Shown here piece by piece: positions 8,283 to 18,842 of a stretch of DNA of 64,000 nt. The notes under the pieces were generated by a model that was not told where the DNA came from, did no database searches, and worked only from the letters and a program-made list of their open reading frames with translations. Every line of letters begins with the position of its first letter. The stretch's first letter is position 1. The position numbers and the translations under genes were made by a program. This DNA is from an uncultured Candidatus Saccharibacteria bacterium (GTDB lineage Bacteria > Patescibacteriota > Minisyncoccia > Phycocordibacterales > CSBR16-119): positions 68,217-132,216 of the forward strand of contig CAZPVH010000002.1 of the NCBI GenBank assembly GCA_964589975.1, read 5' to 3'.

Positions 8283-9995
8283 TTAAAATTTGTTAAGGTG
8301 TCGCTTGTTTTTTATATCCCCTGATCTTTTGGCCAATTCTTGATATTCGCGCGATAATTTCTCTGCCAAATCTTCGTCCTTTGCCTGTTCCGCCGCTTTG
8401 ATCTTCTGCATCAGATCCTTGAGCGAGAGATCGGCGTAGTCTTCTTCAAGATTTGCGAGCATTTCCCCCATCGAGCTCGTGTCACCGCCTGCGAGCTCCC
8501 ATTCGAATGCAAGCTCCTGCTTCTTTGGCTCAAACTTTTCGATCAAAGGAATAAATCTATTTTCGCCAATTATTGAAATGATCTCTTCTTTAAGTTTTTT
8601 GTCTTCGCCTTGGCCGAAATACATTCCGGCCAATCTTTTTTCAATGCTATCGAGCCTCGAAACCCTGGTTTTCTGCGCCGACACGCTTTCGGGCAGCGGT
8701 TGTTCAGATGGAGCAGCTCGCTCCATGTCTTTCCAAAGCGCATCAGTACCAAGCCTGGTTATCTCGGCAACTCTTTTTATAAAGAACGCTTTTTCTGTTT
8801 CAGTCGGGAGAACTGCAATATCCGAGAGAACGCTCGCCGTGATTCGCTTCCCGAGATCTCTCTCGTCTTTAGCAGTTTCCTTTATCTTCTCTGCCGCAAA
8901 CTCAATTATATGTTTTGCGCCTTTAAGTAAGGCGCTGAAACCATCTTTGCCTTTTAGTTTTATATAGTCCGCTGGATCTTTCCCGTCTTCAGGAGGAATC
9001 GAGACCACCTTCACATCCATCCCGAGCCGGAGCGCAATCTCAGCGGAGCGCTTAGCCGCCTTCACGCCAGCATTGTCCGCGTCGAACGCCAGGATGAGAT
9101 TCGGTGATAACCTCTTCACGAGTCCCAAGTTATTTACACCGTGTTCGCCGACAAGGGTATCTGCGAGCGCCGTTCCAGAAACACCGACAGCGTTTCTAAA
9201 TCCCACCTGATGCAGCATGACGACGTCGAACTGACCTTCAGCCAGAATCGTGAAGTTGTATTTCCGGATATAATTCTTGGCCTTATCGAGCGCGAACAAG
9301 ATTTCGCTTTTCTTAAAGAGCGGCGTGTCGGGACTGTTCACATACTTCGCAGACTTTTCATCTGAATGAAGGATGCGACCGGAGAATGCGATCGGTCTCC
9401 CGGCCGTGTCCATAATCGGAAACATGATCCGGTCGCGAAAGGTGTCATATATTCCCTTTTCAGTTTTCTTTCCAAGTCCAGCCAAAAGAATATCCTTGTC
9501 GGAGTATTTTTTCGAAAGGACTTCGTACAGATTTCGCCAACCAAGAGGCGCAAGGCCGACGCGGAATTCTTTGATAGTCTTCTCTTCAACACCGCGATCT
9601 AGAAGGTACTTCTTCGCTTCGTCTGATTTCCAGAATTCGTTTTCGAAATAAAGCGCTGCGTCTTCCAGGATTTCATACTGGAGATCCTTTTCTTTCGCCT
9701 CCCTAGGATCGACACGCCGAAGCTCCACCCCGGCTCGGTCAGCCAGGATCTTCAGCGCGCCGCGAAAATCAACGCCTTCCATCTCTTCGATAAACGTGAA
9801 CATGTCCCCGCCCTTTCCTGTCGAGAAGCAGTGATAGAGGCCCTTTTCCGGCGAGACAAAGAATGATGGGGTCTTCTCGTTTGTAAACGGAGATTTTCCC
9901 TTCCAGCTTTTTCCGGCCGGATCCAATTTCACATAGGAAGAAACCACGTCAACGATGTTCAGTCGATCCTTGATTTGTTCCACGGGTGTAGCCAT
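8283..9995 (-). CDS. dnaG: DNA primase
   Basis: N-terminal zinc-binding-like domain (SPFTNEKTPSF...CFST), FRDRIMFP, KYVNSPDT, EGQFD and FDAD TOPRIM motifs. Confidence 0.96.
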   Translation of the reverse strand: MATPVEQIKDRLNIVDVVSSYVKLDPAGKSWKGKSPFTNEKTPSFFVSPEKGLYHCFSTGKGGDMFTFIEEMEGVDFRGALKILADRAGVELRRVDPREAKEKDLQYEILEDAALYFENEFWKSDEAKKYLLDRGVEEKTIKEFRVGLAPLGWRNLYEVLSKKYSDKDILLAGLGKKTEKGIYDTFRDRIMFPIMDTAGRPIAFSGRILHSDEKSAKYVNSPDTPLFKKSEILFALDKAKNYIRKYNFTILAEGQFDVVMLHQVGFRNAVGVSGTALADTLVGEHGVNNLGLVKRLSPNLILAFDADNAGVKAAKRSAEIALRLGMDVKVVSIPPEDGKDPADYIKLKGKDGFSALLKGAKHIIEFAAEKIKETAKDERDLGKRITASVLSDIAVLPTETEKAFFIKRVAEITRLGTDALWKDMERAAPSEQPLPESVSAQKTRVSRLDSIEKRLAGMYFGQGEDKKLKEEIISIIGENRFIPLIEKFEPKKQELAFEWELAGGDTSSMGEMLANLEEDYADLSLKDLMQKIKAAEQAKDEDLAEKLSREYQELAKRSGDIKNKRHLNKF

Positions 9996-10027
9996 TCCCA
10001 GATTTTATTAGATTTTAATGCCTCCTG

Positions 10028-13000
10028 CTAGTCTCTGTTATATGTTCGCTCTTCCCCTGTTTCTTCGTATTTATCGAGGTGTTTGTATTCGCCGCGGAAA
10101 CCAGTTCCGGCAGGAATAAGGCGTCCGATGATGACATTTTCCTTGAGACCGCGGAGGTTGTCGATTCCGCCCTTGATAGCGTTGTTGATGAGAACGCGGT
10201 TTGTGTTCTGGAATGATGCAGCTGAGAGCCATGACTTTGTTGTGAGAGACACATCAGTAATACCACGAACGATAGGCTCTGATGTTGCTGGCTTGCCAGC
10301 TGTGCCTTCGAGAAGTCCGTTTTCGATATCGAATTCGACATGCTCAACAATCTCGTTTGGAGAGAACATGGTATCTCCCGGATCAGTAACTTTGAGACGA
10401 CCAAACATCTGGCGAACGATGATTTCCAAGTGCTTGCGGGAAATTGGAGCACCCTGGACTTCGTACACTTTGTTAATTTCGTCGATGATGTAGTTCTGCG
10501 CCATTTCTTTGCCGCCGAACTTGAAGATCTCGCCGATTTTCGCCGAACCGTCTGTGATGAGCTGGCCTTTCTTCACCTTGTCGCCCTTCTTCACAACAGG
10601 AAGACGTCGGAACGGAACAGTGTAAGAAATTTCGTTGTCTTTCTTGTCGCCCTTTGTGTCAGAGAGTACCTTGATGATCTTTTCTTTGCCTTCTTCGATT
10701 ATTTCGAACACCTCGCCGTCAGTTTCAGAAACGATGGCTGGATTCTTTGGATTGCGGCGTTCGAAGATTTCTTCAACTCGAGGGAGACCCTGAGTAATGT
10801 CGGATGCGCCGGCCACACCTCCCTGGTGGAAGGTTCGGAGCGTCAGCTGAGTACCAGGCTCACCGATCGCCTGAGCGGCGATGATTCCGACCGCCTCGCC
10901 AAGCTTCACGAGCGCGGAGCGTCCAAGGTCGAGACCGTAGCACTTCTGGCAAACGCCATGTGAAGTCTCACATGTCATAACTGAGCGGATCTTTACCTCT
11001 GTCGCGCCAGCTTTCTCGATATCGGTCGCGGCATCTTTATCGACAAGGAAACCTTTCTTAAAGATTACATTTCCATCAGCGCCTTTCACATCCTCGGCCA
11101 AGATGCGTCCGAAAACGTTCTTTGAAAGAGGAATAGAGAGACCGGAAATATTTTCGGCTGTAGCGATTTTGAAGTTCTTCGTGCCGCAGTCTTCTTCGCG
11201 GATAACCACATCCTGAGAAACGTCAACGAGACGCCTGGTGAGGTATCCAGCCTGCGCAGTTTTGAGCGCGGTGTCGGCTAGACCCTTTCGGGAACCGTGA
11301 GTGGTGATGAAGTATTCAAGCGGGGAAAGTCCCTCTTTGTATGAAGGAATGATCGGGAAGTCGAGCGTCCTACCAGACGTATTAACAATAAGACCTTTCA
11401 TACCGACCATCTGCGCAAGCTGCGCGATGGTACCTCGGGCCTGAGAATCAACCATGTCTCGCGTTGGGCCATTCGCCTTCAACGCGCCAAGGAGATCTTT
11501 CTGGATATCAATCTTGGCCTGTTCCCAGACAACAATAGTCTTCTGGTACTTTTCTTCTTCAGAGAGAAGACCTTCGGACCACTGAGCGCGAATTTCTTTT
11601 TCTTTGGTTCGAGCGGCAGCAATAATTGACTGCTTAGAAGCCGGTACGACGACGTTGTCGATGCCCCAGCTTGTTCCGGACTTCGTCACATATTTGAAGC
11701 CGAAAGCCTTGATCATATCGAGCGCGCGTGGAGTCTCATCAACACCGTATTTGACGATGATTTCATCGACGAGCCGAGAGAGCCGCTTCTGCGTCATCTC
11801 TTCATTGATGAATGGGAAATCTTTTGGAAGCGAAGAGTTGAAGAGAAGTCGGCCGACTGTCGTCTCAAAAGGCTTATTCTCAAATTTGTGATATCGAGGA
11901 GAATCAGTCGGGAGAACTTTGATCTTTGCGCGGAAAGAAATCTTTCCGTAGTCGTGAGCCATCATGGCTTCATTTGGCGAAGCAAAGTATTTGCCTTCGC
12001 CCATTTCGCCTTCTACAGACTTCGTCATCCAATAAGAACCGAGCACGATATCCATGCGAGGATGCACGATCGGGTTTCCGTCCTGAGGCTTCAAGAGGTT
12101 TTTGTTCGCAGCCATGAGGTCGCGGGCTTCAGCCTGAGCGGCTTCAGAGAGCGGAAGATAAACGGCCATTTGGTCTCCGTCGAAGTCAGCGTTGAAGGCG
12201 GAACAGACAAGTGGGTGAACCTGGATAGCTTTACCTTCGATGAGGATCGGATTAAAAGCCTGGATACCGAGTCGATGAAGAGTCGGCGCTCGGTTTAGGA
12301 GCACGTACTTGCCCTGGATCACTTCTTCAAGGATGCCCCAAACTTCGGCAATGCCGTCTTCGATCAATTTGTTCGCGCCGCGAATGTTGAAAGCGAGTTC
12401 GCGCTCCAAAATTTTAGAGATAACGAACGGCTTGAAGAGCTCGAGAGCCATTTTCTTTGGAAGACCGCACTGATTGAGCTTGAGCTGAGGACCGACGACG
12501 ATAACGGATCGACCGGAATAGTCGACTCGCTTACCGAGGAGGTTCTGGCGGAAAAGACCTTGCTTGGACTTCAAGTTATCAGAGAGAGACTTGAGGGCTC
12601 GCTTCTGAGACTGATTCATGGCAGCGTCAGATTTTGCGATCGAGTTGTCGATGAGAGCATCAACAGCTTCCTGGAGGATTCGTTTTTCGTTGCGCAAAAT
12701 GACATCCGGAGCATTGATCTCCATCAGCTTCTTCAAACGATTGTTTCGATTGATGACGCGTCGGTACAGGTCGTTAATGTCAGACGTCGCGTGGCGTCCT
12801 CCTTCGAGGGCGACCATTGGTCGAAGTCCTGGCGGAATAACCGGGAGCACTTTGAGGAACATCCATTCTGGCCTGACGCCCGAGTTGATCATGGATCGAA
12901 TAAGACCGAGACGCTTCTTCAATTTTACCTTCTCAAGAGTTGAGGCTTTTTCAACCATAACTTCTGTTTCCGCGCGGAGTTTTTCGAGGTCAACATTCTT

Positions 13001-13666
13001 GAAGAGATTATAAATGGCTTCGGCGCCGATAGACGCCTCGAAGGCTGCGCTGTAGCGCATTGAATAGTGATGAAATTCGACTTCATTTAGAACTTTGCCG
13101 ACAACAATATCCATGAGCTCACGCTTTGTGTTTGAGAAAAGCTCTTTGAGTTTCTCTTTTGTCGCGTCGTCCTGAGCGGATTTTACTTTGGACTTGTATT
13201 CGCTCTCGAGGTCTTTCAAAACTTTCTTCTTTTCGTCTTCGTTTACCTTGTGGATCATGTATCCGGCAAAGTAAATAACTTTCTCGAGATCAGTAAGGGT
13301 GATGTTTAGGAAGACGCTCATGCGGGACGGAACGCCGCGGAGAAACCAGATGTGCGCGACCGGCGAAGCAAGCTCGATGTGGCCCATGCGGTCTCGGCGG
13401 ACGATAGCCTTTGTGACTTCGACTCCGCACTTCTCGCAGACAATTCCCTTGTACTTTACGCCTCGGTATTTCTTGCAGTAGCATTCGAAATCCTTCTCCG
13501 GACCAAATATCTTTTCGTCGAAGAGGCCTCCCCGCTCTGAGCGGCCTGTTCGGTAGTTGATTGTTTCCGGCTTCTGAATTTCGCCGTAGGACCATTCTCT
13601 GATCCTTTCCGGGCTGGCCAGGCTGATGCCGATCTTTGTGAAATCTTTTATGTCCAAATTTTTCAT
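10028..13666 (-). CDS. rpoC: RNA polymerase beta' subunit
   Basis: LLGKRVDYSGRSV, catalytic NADFDGD, SAASFQ, GLKENVIIG. Confidence 0.99.
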   Translation of the reverse strand: MKNLDIKDFTKIGISLASPERIREWSYGEIQKPETINYRTGRSERGGLFDEKIFGPEKDFECYCKKYRGVKYKGIVCEKCGVEVTKAIVRRDRMGHIELASPVAHIWFLRGVPSRMSVFLNITLTDLEKVIYFAGYMIHKVNEDEKKKVLKDLESEYKSKVKSAQDDATKEKLKELFSNTKRELMDIVVGKVLNEVEFHHYSMRYSAAFEASIGAEAIYNLFKNVDLEKLRAETEVMVEKASTLEKVKLKKRLGLIRSMINSGVRPEWMFLKVLPVIPPGLRPMVALEGGRHATSDINDLYRRVINRNNRLKKLMEINAPDVILRNEKRILQEAVDALIDNSIAKSDAAMNQSQKRALKSLSDNLKSKQGLFRQNLLGKRVDYSGRSVIVVGPQLKLNQCGLPKKMALELFKPFVISKILERELAFNIRGANKLIEDGIAEVWGILEEVIQGKYVLLNRAPTLHRLGIQAFNPILIEGKAIQVHPLVCSAFNADFDGDQMAVYLPLSEAAQAEARDLMAANKNLLKPQDGNPIVHPRMDIVLGSYWMTKSVEGEMGEGKYFASPNEAMMAHDYGKISFRAKIKVLPTDSPRYHKFENKPFETTVGRLLFNSSLPKDFPFINEEMTQKRLSRLVDEIIVKYGVDETPRALDMIKAFGFKYVTKSGTSWGIDNVVVPASKQSIIAAARTKEKEIRAQWSEGLLSEEEKYQKTIVVWEQAKIDIQKDLLGALKANGPTRDMVDSQARGTIAQLAQMVGMKGLIVNTSGRTLDFPIIPSYKEGLSPLEYFITTHGSRKGLADTALKTAQAGYLTRRLVDVSQDVVIREEDCGTKNFKIATAENISGLSIPLSKNVFGRILAEDVKGADGNVIFKKGFLVDKDAATDIEKAGATEVKIRSVMTCETSHGVCQKCYGLDLGRSALVKLGEAVGIIAAQAIGEPGTQLTLRTFHQGGVAGASDITQGLPRVEEIFERRNPKNPAIVSETDGEVFEIIEEGKEKIIKVLSDTKGDKKDNEISYTVPFRRLPVVKKGDKVKKGQLITDGSAKIGEIFKFGGKEMAQNYIIDEINKVYEVQGAPISRKHLEIIVRQMFGRLKVTDPGDTMFSPNEIVEHVEFDIENGLLEGTAGKPATSEPIVRGITDVSLTTKSWLSAASFQNTNRVLINNAIKGGIDNLRGLKENVIIGRLIPAGTGFRGEYKHLDKYEETGEERTYNRD

Positions 13667-13689
13667 ATGGTATTTAGATTATGTGAGTA

Positions 13690-16600
13690 TTAATTCTTTT
13701 CCATTAGATCGATATCGAGCGCGAGACCTCGGAGATAATTGAGCATCACTTTGAATGACGCAGGGAGATTCGGTTCGCGGATCTTCTGTCCCTTGATGAT
13801 GGAATCAAACGTGGCCGACCTGCCCATGATGTCATCGGACTTGATGGTAAGCATTTCGCGGAGGGCGTGAGCTGCACCGTAGCCTTCGAGAGCCCAGACT
13901 TCCATTTCTCCGAACCTCTGGCCTCCGGACTGAGCTTTTCCGCCGAGAGGCTGCTGGGTAATGAGAGAGTACGGACCAATAGCGCGAGCGTGGACCTTGT
14001 CCTCGACCATGTGGTGAAGTTTCAAGATATACATGTAACCGACAGCGATTTCCTGCTCGAATTCTTCGCCCGTTCTACCGTCGAACATTTTCATTGTTCC
14101 GGTTTCCTGAAGACCAGCTTTTACAAGCTCGCCTTTGATTTCTTCATTTGTCGCCCCGCCAAACAACGGAACGATAGCCTGATAGTTAAGTGTGTGCGCA
14201 GCCATTCCAAGGTGCATTTCTAAAATCTGTCCCAGGTTCATACGAGACGGGACGCCGAGCGGAGTAAGAATCACGTCAACAGGAGTTCCGTCTGCCATGT
14301 ATGGCATTTCTTCTTCTGGAAGGATCGTTGAGATCACACCCTTGTTACCATGTCGGCCAGCAAGCTTGTCTCCGACGGAGATGTTTCGAACCTGCGCGAC
14401 CTCAACGATGATTTTTTTGATGATACCGGACTCAAGCTGGTGGCCTTTATCGCGAGAGAAAATCTTGATGCCGATGACGCGTCCTTCGTTTCCAGGAGAA
14501 ACACGCATGGATGTATCCTTTACATCTCGCGCCTTCTCGGCGAAGATTGAGCGGAGCAGTCTTTCCTCTGGCGTGAGTTCAGTCTCGCCTTTTGGTGTAA
14601 TCTTTCCGACCAAGATGTCATTTTCGCGGACTTCAGCGCCGATGCGAACGATTCCTTCCTGATCAAGATCTTTCAATTTTGCTTCACCGACGTTCGGGAT
14701 ATCCGGAGTCGTCTGTTCAGGCCCGAGTTTCGTATCGCGAACCACGCAAGTGAATTCCTCGACGTAAATTGATGTAAAAATAGAGTTTTTAACAAGTCGT
14801 TCAGACAAGATAATGGCGTCCTCATAGTTTCGTCCATCCCATGACATGAAGGCTACCAAAGCGTTCTGACCGATAGCGGCCTCGCCGTGATCAGTCGTCG
14901 GCGCGTCCGCGAGGACGTCACCTTTTTTGACTTTGTCGCCCATGTTTACCGATGGACGTTGTCGCATAAGGGAGAATTTGTTCGTACGAACTGTGTGAAT
15001 GAGTTCGTAAGTTTTTTCTTTGCCTGTTGCAGTTCCTTTTACCTTGATCTTCTTTGAGTCCACGTATGTGACTTCGCCAGCTTCTTCGTTTATGACGAGA
15101 CGGCCCGAGTCGCGAGCGATAACTTCTTCGATACCTGTGGCAACGAGGGGCGCCATCGGCACGATACAAGGCACGGCCTGCTTTTGCATGTTCGATCCCA
15201 TCAAGGCTCGGTTCGCGTCATCGTGCTCGAGGAACGGAATCATCGAAGTGCCAAGGGAGAACGCCTGGTTCGTCGCGACATCGATGAAGTCGATTTCTTT
15301 CTTTGAAATGATGCCAGGGGAAGTCTTGATTCGAGCTTCGACCTCTTCGACAGTAATATTTCCGTTCTCATCACGAGGCGTGCCACCGTGAGCAATATTG
15401 TACTTCTCTTCTTCAAGGGCGTTCATGTAAACTACCTCGTCCGTAATTTTTCCATTCTTTACGCGGACATATGGAGTCTCGATGATGCCGAATTCATTGA
15501 TTTTTGAATATGTGGAAAGGTGAAGAACGAGACCGATGTTCGGACCTTCTGGAGTGTGGATAGGACAAACGCGGCCATAGTGGCTAGTGTGAACGTCGCG
15601 GACTTCAAGTCCGGCTCGCTCTCGGGTGAGCCCTCCAGGACCGAGAGCCGAAAGGATTCGGAGGTGTTCGATCTCAGAAATAACATTCTCTTGATCCATA
15701 AACTGTGAAAGCTGGTTCGTGGTGAAAAATTCTTTAACGCGAGCCTGGAGAGGACGCTGGTTGATGACCGTGACCGGAGTCGCGCCATCGGACTCGATAG
15801 TCGACATCCTGTCCTGGATGTTTCGCTTGATCTGAGTCATACCGACGCGGAATTTCTGCTGGAGAAGTTCTCCAACATATTTGACACGGCGTCGGCCGAG
15901 GTGGTCGATATCGTCAGCTTTCGCATGCTTGTCATTGTTTAGGTCGAGGATGTTTTTCACGATCGTGACAATGTCGTCGGCATTCAAAGTCGAACGCTCA
16001 AGCTCGGCTTTCTCCATCGATTTTTCGAATCTCTGATTGAAGCGGTGTCGGCCGACTTTGGAGAAGTCATATCTATCGGAAGTGAAGATGCCGTCAACGA
16101 ATTCCTTGGCGTTGTCGGCGGTCGCCATATCACCATCGCGAAGTCGCTTGTAGATGTCGACATACGCTTCTTCCATAGTCTTTGAGTGATCTTTCTCGAG
16201 CATGAGCGATATGAATTTCTCGTGAATCTCATTTCCCTTGAAGGCCTTCTTGAGCTTGTCCTCATTATCAAGTCCCATGACACGAAGGAGCTCTGTCACT
16301 GGAAACTTTCGCTTCTTGTCGATGCGGGCAAAGATCGTGCCGTCCTTGTCAGTTTCGAATTCGATCCAAACGCCGCGATTCGGGATGATCTTGGCGCCGA
16401 AAGCTTTCTTTCCTTTTAGGTCGACATCAGTGAAGAAGACGCCGGATGAGCGAGTTAGCTGGGCAACGATAACGCGCTCGACGCCGTTGATGATGAACGT
16501 GCCGTTGTTCGTCATGAGCGGGAAATCGGTGAGGAAGATTTCCTGTTCTTTCTTTGAGCCATTCAATTTATTGAAGAGCTTGGCGCGGACCTTGAGCGGA

Positions 16601-16866
16601 GCCTCAAAAGTCAGCTTGTTCTCCTTTGCGTAGTGAGGATCGTGTTTCGGCTCGCCGAGTTCGTAGGACTCGAAACGAAGCTCGAACTTCTTCTCCGAGT
16701 AGTCGCTGATAGGCGAAAACTCCTTGAAGACCTCCTTGAGGCCGTCAGAGAGGAGCCATTTGAAGGAATTGAGCTGAGTCTCCAAAAGATTTGGGAACGG
16801 CACCAATGGAGCCTTATATTTAGAAAAATACTTCTTCTCGCGCTTCGTCGTCTTGTTTCTTGGCAT
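13690..16866 (-). CDS. rpoB: RNA polymerase beta subunit
   Basis: HYGRVCPIHTPEGPNIG, RALMGSNMQ, GDKLAGRHGNKG, GGQRFGEMEVWAL. Confidence 0.99.
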   Translation of the reverse strand: MPRNKTTKREKKYFSKYKAPLVPFPNLLETQLNSFKWLLSDGLKEVFKEFSPISDYSEKKFELRFESYELGEPKHDPHYAKENKLTFEAPLKVRAKLFNKLNGSKKEQEIFLTDFPLMTNNGTFIINGVERVIVAQLTRSSGVFFTDVDLKGKKAFGAKIIPNRGVWIEFETDKDGTIFARIDKKRKFPVTELLRVMGLDNEDKLKKAFKGNEIHEKFISLMLEKDHSKTMEEAYVDIYKRLRDGDMATADNAKEFVDGIFTSDRYDFSKVGRHRFNQRFEKSMEKAELERSTLNADDIVTIVKNILDLNNDKHAKADDIDHLGRRRVKYVGELLQQKFRVGMTQIKRNIQDRMSTIESDGATPVTVINQRPLQARVKEFFTTNQLSQFMDQENVISEIEHLRILSALGPGGLTRERAGLEVRDVHTSHYGRVCPIHTPEGPNIGLVLHLSTYSKINEFGIIETPYVRVKNGKITDEVVYMNALEEEKYNIAHGGTPRDENGNITVEEVEARIKTSPGIISKKEIDFIDVATNQAFSLGTSMIPFLEHDDANRALMGSNMQKQAVPCIVPMAPLVATGIEEVIARDSGRLVINEEAGEVTYVDSKKIKVKGTATGKEKTYELIHTVRTNKFSLMRQRPSVNMGDKVKKGDVLADAPTTDHGEAAIGQNALVAFMSWDGRNYEDAIILSERLVKNSIFTSIYVEEFTCVVRDTKLGPEQTTPDIPNVGEAKLKDLDQEGIVRIGAEVRENDILVGKITPKGETELTPEERLLRSIFAEKARDVKDTSMRVSPGNEGRVIGIKIFSRDKGHQLESGIIKKIIVEVAQVRNISVGDKLAGRHGNKGVISTILPEEEMPYMADGTPVDVILTPLGVPSRMNLGQILEMHLGMAAHTLNYQAIVPLFGGATNEEIKGELVKAGLQETGTMKMFDGRTGEEFEQEIAVGYMYILKLHHMVEDKVHARAIGPYSLITQQPLGGKAQSGGQRFGEMEVWALEGYGAAHALREMLTIKSDDIMGRSATFDSIIKGQKIREPNLPASFKVMLNYLRGLALDIDLMEKN

Positions 16867-17134
16867 AAATTTCTTGTTTATAAAATTATAATATCCTCAC
16901 ACACAGCTCCGTTCCGCTTTTAAAAGCGGACAGAAAAACGCAAAAGCAACAAGTCTGACTTGTTGTCTTTATTTGTTTTCCTTTTTATAAAATTTTACTA
17001 AGCAAAGCTTATGTATCTAGTCCGCCTCGGCTCGTCGCCGATTCGAGACGGGTCCCCGCCTACTAATACAATTGCTTTTGTCGGCCAAAACTCAATCCAG
17101 GCAATTAGGTCCCTAATATACCTGAAGGCTGTTT

Positions 17135-17494
17135 CTATGTCAAATCTTTATCCCCTTTGACTACCTCGGCGGGTATGATAACTCCGTTTTGGGTCATCTT
17201 TTTCCTGGCAGAATCGAACAACCTACGGATACGGCCGAACATGGTCCATGCGGCTAATCCAATGATTCCGGCTGGGATGAGAAGGAGCCAGAAGACTACT
17301 TTAAAGAATAGATACGGTCCGCCGAGGAGGCCGGTAAAGCCAACCATAAATATCGCGGCAAAGAACACGCTGGCAAGAAATGTGAAAATTATTAGTGGAC
17401 CTTTCAGAACATCAAGCGCCATTTCCTGCCCAAAGGCCGCAGGATTCTTAATCCCCTTTTTAACATCGCTGTAAGTTTTAAATATTCCGAACAT
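17135..17494 (-). CDS. Hypothetical two-TM membrane protein
   Basis: Start directly abuts the trmD stop; two hydrophobic helices. Confidence 0.75.
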   Translation of the reverse strand: MFGIFKTYSDVKKGIKNPAAFGQEMALDVLKGPLIIFTFLASVFFAAIFMVGFTGLLGGPYLFFKVVFWLLLIPAGIIGLAAWTMFGRIRRLFDSARKKMTQNGVIIPAEVVKGDKDLT

Positions 17495-18163
17495 TTATTT
17501 CTTCTTGGTCTTATGCTCGTTCAGTTTAGCATGGTTCCCGGAGAGAAAGACTTTCGGCACACGGAGTTTCTTTCCTTTGTATTCGTAAATTTCCGGGCGC
17601 GTGTAAATCTCCGTTCCGCCTATGCGAGTCTCTTCGAGCGATTCGATCTTCCCCAAGACGCCTCCGATCTGGCGCGCGACAGTGTCGATAACAATCATCG
17701 CTGGAATTTCCCCGCCGGTCAGAACATAGTCGCCGACTGAGATCTCTTCGGCTTTCGTAATTTTCTTTACACGCGCATCAATCCCCTCGTAACGACCGCA
17801 GATTAAAATGAGGTCTGAATATTTTTTCGCAGAATTTTTTGCATACGACGTATCAAGCTTCTTGCCTCCCGGCGCAAAAATGATTGTCTTAGGATTCTTC
17901 AAATTTTTCGAAGCCTTCTCCCATGCGCGGATGATAGGATCCGCGATCATAACCATACCGGGGCCACCGCCATAAGGTCGATCATCAACTTTGCTTGAAA
18001 TATTTCCGTCTGGCCAGACTTTGCGGAGCTTTCCTCTTACAAAATCTCTTGGATTATAGAATTTAACTTTGATCTTCTTTTCCTTAATCGCCCGCGCCAA
18101 AATAGACTCGCCGAGATACGAGTCGAACATGTTCGGGAAAATTGTGATCACATGAAATGTCAT
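17495..18163 (-). CDS. trmD: tRNA (guanine-N1)-methyltransferase
   Basis: FHVITIFP, VDDRPYGGGPGMV, ICGRYEGIDAR, SVGDYVLTGGE, YTRP. Confidence 0.97.
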   Translation of the reverse strand: MTFHVITIFPNMFDSYLGESILARAIKEKKIKVKFYNPRDFVRGKLRKVWPDGNISSKVDDRPYGGGPGMVMIADPIIRAWEKASKNLKNPKTIIFAPGGKKLDTSYAKNSAKKYSDLILICGRYEGIDARVKKITKAEEISVGDYVLTGGEIPAMIVIDTVARQIGGVLGKIESLEETRIGGTEIYTRPEIYEYKGKKLRVPKVFLSGNHAKLNEHKTKKK

Positions 18164-18196
18164 GTGAAGTGATACTAATACGTTTTCATAAAAAGC

Positions 18197-18225
18197 AAAA
18201 GCCCCGGCACAGTTTGTGCCGGGGC
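18197..18225 (-). terminator. GCCCCG-type hairpin terminator
   Basis: GCCCCGGCACA-GTT-TGTGCCGGGGC with T tract on the minus strand. Confidence 0.8.
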
Positions 18226-18234
18226 CGATCTCTT

Positions 18235-18753
18235 CTATTTCTTTCCCTCGAAAGGATGCTCCTTGACCTCCCTTTGCAGGTCTTTCAAGAACAATCCGAG
18301 CAGGGTCGCGTCTATGTCCTTTTCCGGCGGAGAGATCATGCCTTCTTTCTGGGTGAACTGCACGATGTGCACCCCGCGCGACGGCCCGGCTGGCCAGGAC
18401 ATATTCATTACGTGCCGGAGGTCATGTGCGTCAATGTCATTGTTCCGCCACTGTACTTCGAAGTAACCGGCTGCCTCAGATGGTCGCGTCAAACTGAAAA
18501 AATACGTCTTTTCTTCTTTTGTCAGCGAGATCAAAGCTGTGAGAGTCGGATCATCTCCCGGAACGTCAGCAGAGGCAGGATACCCCGCCGCGAGAGCCTC
18601 CCTGTACAGCGAGTCGAGCTGCGAAAGGACGACTTCGGTCAGCTGCGCGTCGAGGATGGCGTGCGAGACAGGCGGCAGGTGAACGTCTGAATCTTGGGCA
18701 TTGAGCACTCCCGAGAGAAGTAAACTGAAAAGAGCCAGCAAGACGGTTTTCAT
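18235..18753 (-). CDS. Exported hypothetical protein (Sec signal peptide), monocistronic unit
   Basis: Likely start MKTVLLALFSLLLSGVLNAQD at 18753; TTGACG(18800)-17-TATTAT promoter; AAAAACAGAAACCA leader. Confidence 0.8.
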   Translation of the reverse strand: MKTVLLALFSLLLSGVLNAQDSDVHLPPVSHAILDAQLTEVVLSQLDSLYREALAAGYPASADVPGDDPTLTALISLTKEEKTYFFSLTRPSEAAGYFEVQWRNNDIDAHDLRHVMNMSWPAGPSRGVHIVQFTQKEGMISPPEKDIDATLLGLFLKDLQREVKEHPFEGKK

Positions 18754-18802
18754 TGGTTTCTGTTTTTCGATATAATACAATAAATCGTAATTCTCGTCAA
18801 TG

Positions 18803-18831
18803 AAAAGCCCCGCGCCAATAGCGCGGGGCTT
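18803..18831 (-). terminator. GCCCCG-type hairpin terminator abutting the next -35 box
   Basis: AAGCCCCGCGC-CAATA-GCGCGGGGCTT; TTGACG follows 2 nt after the T tract on the minus strand. Confidence 0.8.
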
Positions 18832-18842
18832 CCCTAAGAACT

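Noticed and set aside
10015-16923. Many 60-200 aa ORFs antisense to or overlapping rpoBC and other core genes
   Set aside because: They are shadow frames of strongly conserved genes, with no motifs or independent expression signals.
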